This document shows, piece after piece, positions 58,346-64,000 of a DNA stretch of 64,000 nt. This DNA is from the human T2T-CHM13v2.0 reference genome, Homo sapiens. The stretch is taken from NCBI RefSeq assembly GCF_009914755.1, contig NC_060938.1; one strand, 5' to 3'. The first letter of the stretch is position 1. Every line of letters begins with the position of its first letter. The notes under the pieces were generated by a model, which was given only the letters and a program-made list of their open reading frames with translations, had not been told where the DNA came from and ran no database searches. The translations under genes and the position numbers were made by a program.

Positions 58346-58963
58346 GAATTTGATTCATTTACACAGCTTTCAACATCTTTTAAAGACAATATGGCCCATT
58401 TTTATGACTAGGGTGCTTTGCCAAATTGTACAAACAAACTTAAACTTGTGGACTCAGAGAAGTCCTGCAACAGACTGGAGACAGGGTGACACACACACAC
58501 AGAGACCACGGATTTGATCATCATATCAGCTGTTACACCAAGTGCCGTGCTCCATCTTTCAAAGCTTGTTATAGGCTTGGCAGGTTTTTGGAGTTACTAA
58601 GCTGAGAAAAACCTCAGATGACAGCAAAAGTGAAACATCAGGACTGTAAACTACTAATTGCCAATTCCGTATGTTTGCAAGGCAAACAACAGGGAGGAAT
58701 ATCAGTGGTGAGAGATTGCTGAAGTTTGTACTTACGTAGCTAGTAGAAAAATAAAATTATGTAAAATCATTCTTCTCTCTAATTCTGTCCCCATCCCCAA
58801 ATCAAGAATCCTTTATGTAAAGATTAAGGAGCCCTGAATTTAAATCCTCAGTCTTTCAAGCATTTGGTCTATATGTTTATGTAACCTACCTAACCCTGTC
58901 TCTATGCTTTGGGAATATGAGAATGATAGGTAAAGTAATATTATACATTATAAAAATGATTGA

Positions 58964-59348
<385 letters not shown>

Positions 59349-60804
59349 AATCCTGTTTTTCTATAGCGTCCCAAACTCCTAAGGTCTTCTTCACAGAATA
59401 AGTGTTCAATGTATGTTTTCTACTATTATTTTTACTAAAGCATTGGGATGAGGTGAAAACCAGTTGGTTAAATCACACTGTAAACATCCTGTAAATAGTC
59501 TCTTTTGAGCCTCACAATTCTGCCAGGTATGTTGTATCAATTCCTATATTATTAGATGGAGAATCAGAGCTTTTACACCTGTTAAATACATCTAATCCAA
59601 AATAGTTTACTGTCTACTGAGTTTAAAATCAGCCAGAAATACTTCTACAGATTTTTTGAGAAACAGTTTCTGAAGTAAATATCAAAGCGTCCTTATCACC
59701 AGCTAGTGTAAACCAAAAAGACAGCAAAAATTTGAAAAAAAGAAAGAAAGAAAGAAAAATCTATAGAAATGCAGGTGTAATGAATGGTTAATAATACTGC
59801 CCCTTTTCTAATATTCCCAGTGGTTTCCATGGTGGTGGATCTCAATGAGAAGGAAAAAGAATGTTACATTCTTGTTTTCTTAATAACTAAATAGGGAACC
59901 ATTAGAATTTTTGTTTAATCCACGAAGGAGATAGAATTAAGAATACAATGTAGTTAAAGGGAGATTACACAGAGGTAGTTAACCTTCTCAGAAAGTCTTT
60001 TCCTTTTTTAAATCTGTTGCTCATTAGCTGCTGTTTTTTTTTTTTTTAAATCTTCTCTTTTCTGTATTCCTTTTTTGGTGAAGATTTGTGGCTATAATCA
60101 TTTCGCTAAATGCTCTGTAGTAAAGTAAAAGTAGAAATAGTTTGTTGGCAGAAATACATCATTAAATGTTTCCATTCATAAATATGAATAAGAATAAAAA
60201 TAATAAATAATATGATATTCATGATATATAATATACTTAATTTAAATATTACAGTACAAAGTACATATGTTATAGTGTATATATTATATTTACAAATTTA
60301 CATTGTTATACAGTAATAAATATTATGACTTTAATTTCTATTGAATATTTCATATGTAATTCATACTGTACCTATGCTAGCTCTTTAATTTTGCTCCTAG
60401 ATAATTTGGTTACCCTCAATTTATAGATAAAGACACAAATATTCTGAGTGAAGAAATGAATTTTTTAGAGTCACCCACAGAAATTGCAGAGCTAATAGGT
60501 GAATCTTGGTCTCTGACAGAAAAGTTCATAATCTTACCAATGTTCATGTTGGTGATGATAAAAGAGAAGCAAATCAACAATAATTGTTATCATATCTTGA
60601 ATGCTTGACATATGCCGCAAATGCTAATACAGTATGCACTGTGCTAAATATTTTACTTCCATTATCTAAGGAAATAGTCTCAGAGAAATCAAATGATTTC
60701 ATCAAGTTTGTAGTTAGGGACTTTCCAGTGTATGCCATATCTTAAGACTTTTCTTCAATTTAATGATCTCTCTGTTATTTTGAAGAAACTGTGTACCTTT
60801 CTGG

Positions 60805-61306
60805 TGACAAGATCGTTTCCTTGACAACATTTTGACCAGGCTCCTCTGAACTCCCTCTTTGACTAGGCCAACACTTGAGCTCCTTTGTTCTTTCTTACAG
60901 AGTCCAACTGTGCAAAGAGTGCATCCTGGTAAGTGGGTTCAGCAAGACCCATCTCCGCCCTCAATATCTGATCACCCTCAATATCTGATTGGGTTCCTCA
61001 TCCTCCCCCATCACCCAGGTGATGTGTGATTACCTTGGCCTGCCTTCAGCAAGAATCCTGTTAGGTGGGTTTAGGCAGAATCTCCCCTTATGTCTGATAC
61101 TCTCTTTTAATAATTTTCCATTCACCAGATCCTTACTCTGGTTCTTGGCTATACATTTCTTGTTGCATTCAGAATTAAGCTTGAGTCTATGTTGATACCT
61201 TTTTTTGCCTTTACCATAGGTTTTTGTTGTTGTTGTTGTTTTCTGAATAAAATCTGTTTTTATTTTATTTAACTTTAACTACTGTCCAGCTCTGGTTTTT
61301 CTTAAC
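60805..61306 (+). mobile_element. MER31A-like ERV1 solo LTR
   Basis: tgacaaga...caggctcctctga...atatctgatcaccctcaatatctgat...ggcctgccttcagcaagaatcctgttagg...aataaaatctg...taaca. Confidence 0.82.
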
Positions 61307-61749
61307 ACTCTCAGGTGAGAGGTGTCAAGATTCTCACTATTATGAAAGATTAGAGGCTGAAAATTGAAAAGACCTTAGTTCTATAATTAACAAGCCACGA
61401 TTTTATTGCTGATCTGACACATTTATGACCAGCTTTGAGGGCCGAGTCAAGTTATTTGATTCCTCTATGCTTGGAATTTATTGTCAATAAAGAAGTAAAG
61501 TAAATTTGTGTTAGAGTACGTCTGTAAGTGACATTCACTATATCTCAATGTTGAGGAGTTTAGGCACGCTTGTGCAATGGATGCTATTATTGCTCAGCTG
61601 CATTGCTTTCAAAAATTGTATTATCACACAGTAGGATGAAAGCAGCATATTATCTAAGAGAAGTAGAAGAGCCAGAACCTGGAATCTGCCCTGACCTGAT
61701 TTCTTGCAAAATTTCATTTGTTCTTATCTGAGTGTGTAATCTGGGCCTC

Positions 61750-62350
61750 CATAAAGGCCTTATTAACACTGATTTCTTATTGATCTGTCATATGCCAACG
61801 TTCACTTGCAACGTACTTGACATTTGGCTATCATAAAAAAAGGGAATTGGCAGAAATGTGTCAACTTAACTTTTGACCAAAACGCTATGTAATTGAACGG
61901 GAAAGCAATGTTAACATTACGCATCTGATTCCAGCTCATGTGCTCAATGGGCTAACATTTTAGAGCACCGACCCTTAAAATTCTAATGCATGTCAAATCG
62001 GTATGTAAATATCAGCAATTCTGGGGAGATTTGCAAGGTACGGCCCTATGCTAATGAGCAATATCTTAAGGAGCTGGAGGTTTTTCTTTTCCTCTGCGAT
62101 ATGAATTGGAAAATTGGAAAGCAGGTCAACTTACAAAGTTGTTTGGAGACTGTGAGCTGTTTGTTAATAGATGCATAGTGCCTAGACTATGTAGGACCTA
62201 GTGTCATGTACCAGTGACAATAAATAGCAGATGAATATTAATTCCTTTCACAGCCACTTCCTTATCTCCAATGATAATAAAACAAAATTAAACGGCATTA
62301 ATTCCCAAATAATAAAACTCAGATATAGAGTTAACTAAGGAAAATATAAA
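61750..62350. promoter_or_regulatory. Candidate conserved non-coding element or enhancer
   Basis: Repeat-free, retains CpGs; POU-type ATGTAAAT (62003) and ATGCTAAT (62048), FOX-like TGTAAATA. Motif evidence only. Confidence 0.3.
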
Positions 62351-62619
62351 ACATGCACGCTTTATATGCAAGGGCAGAAAAGTGTTCTTATTCAGCTTAT
62401 CTGGGAAACTTGCAAGTTTAGAAATGAAAACGTTCTCCTCTTTCCAAAAGCATGACTTGATGTTTGTCCTTGATCTTTATCTGTGAACAGGCAAAAGCAT
62501 CATTTAAAGTATGCTTTTTACTCATTGTCCTGTATTCAAAATACTTTCATTATAGAATGGCTGATACTCCTACTGGGAATAGTTGAGGAACTCATCCTGA
62601 TCTAATCCATTCTAATGTG

Positions 62620-62790
62620 CTCTAGTCCCAGTGCTGTTATTTGTTCTGTGTAAAGTTTCTTAAGCTCTATGTACTATCAAATGGAATAAGACATAACTCA
62701 TTCTTCTAAATGTTATTATGAGAACTAAACATAAAATGCTTTAGCAAACAGAAAGCACTGTGTAGACATAAGTAATACAATTAGCAGTAT
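62620..62790 (+). mobile_element. MIR remnant
   Basis: ctagtcccagtgctgttattt...aagtttcttaagctctatg...aaatggaataa...gttattatgagaactaaa. Confidence 0.55.
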
Positions 62791-64000
62791 CATTCATTTG
62801 TAGTTTGCAACACAGCAAACAATGCTGCCCCTCCAAAGTTTGAAAGGCATCTTGTCTTCGGTCAATGAAAGTATTCTGGAAAGAAGCTCCTCCACATTTA
62901 AATTATATTTTTAAAGCAGCCTATTAAAATGTCTTTGAAAAGTTTACACTGCAGTTTCTCTTGCATATATGGATCTTTTCCTCTCGTAAAATCCCAGGGC
63001 ATTTCAAATAAGGAAAGGTCATTTAGCTCATCTGGTCGATTATAGCTGTGATCCATTTCCCCTACAAGAAGCAAGGGAAACGCTTCTCAATGTGTATCAG
63101 AGAAAAAAACTCTTAGGCCATTAGGACTAAAGCATTGCATATGCCACAAGCACTAGACACCTAATTTCATCACAGACGATTGATGATTCTGCCATCCGGG
63201 CAGAATCAAGCCCGGGATACTGGGACTCAGTGCTTCAGCAGGGAGGCAGGTTCACTGCAGCCTTCATCCAGTTTAAAAAATATTTTATTGACACATAGAG
63301 CATTCAGAGTCATAAAAATATATCATGTTTATCACTGCTTTTATGGCATGCATAGATATGACACAGGGGCATTGAGCCATACAGCATTAGACAAGCGTTT
63401 ATTTCACCCTGAGCTGCTGGGAAGAATGCAGAGCTCAGCTTCTATCCCAGGAGTGGAGCCAATAGGACAGATTTCATCAGAAATAAGCATTTAAGAAAAA
63501 CACAAAAATCAATGCAGACGTATATATCAGTGAAGTGTCCTGATTGGGGTTTTCTACGTGCTAAACAAGCCTGTTCCCGATACATTAGTGCATATTTCTG
63601 CCAAAGGCATTAGACTGCTAAACTGGAGATTTTGAAAAAATGATCATTTTTCATGAATGTGGGAATACAGCCAGAAAATTTACCTTTAAGCACTTTAACT
63701 AACACCCGTAGTTTTTGATTACATTATCACCCAGACTCTGATATATATTTTTATAGAGAGCTATTTCCTGAAGAATTATGATCCGAGACATTTGGTTTTT
63801 GAGTTACCAAGTGGACAGTTAAATGTGGATCTAGATTTAACGAGCGCGAAGCCCTCCTTCATCTAAAGCCAGGTTAGGGCAAAGCTGGAGGGACAGAGTG
63901 TTACAATGAGAACGGAGAGTAGACTTACATTTGCATATAAATGGCAAATGTAAGTAGGTGGAAAGGAAGCATTCAGAAATTTGCATCTGATTTAAGCCTT

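Overview
AT-rich primate (probably human) intergenic or deep-intronic DNA; I cannot name the locus. I could not support any protein-coding exon, tRNA, rRNA, CpG island or prokaryotic feature. Almost all ORFs in the track derive from Alu, LTR or microsatellite sequence, or are chance ORFs. The window is dominated by interspersed repeats: about 18 Alus (J, S and Y types, many with target-site duplications, TSDs), MaLR/ERVL/ERV1 LTRs (MSTA, THE1D including one near-complete LTR-int-LTR copy, MSTD, MLT1, MLT2, LTR40, MER21, MER31, MER50, MER57/93-like, MER67), old L1 and L2 fragments, MIRs and DNA transposons (MER33, MER5, Charlie-type, MADE1). Subfamily names are from memory of consensus sequences, not a search. 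The most interesting unexplained signal is a ~2.5 kb minus-strand decayed reading frame at ~17990-20510. It is stop-depleted and carries degenerate APE-endonuclease and non-LTR reverse-transcriptase motifs in the correct order, suggesting a very old LINE ORF (RTE/RTE-X-like) that may once have been under coding constraint. Other signals are a near-perfect 29-bp hairpin (1823-1889), a forward-inverted-forward micro-triplication (14168-14346), two local dispersed duplications and several motif-dense unique blocks that are candidate enhancers.
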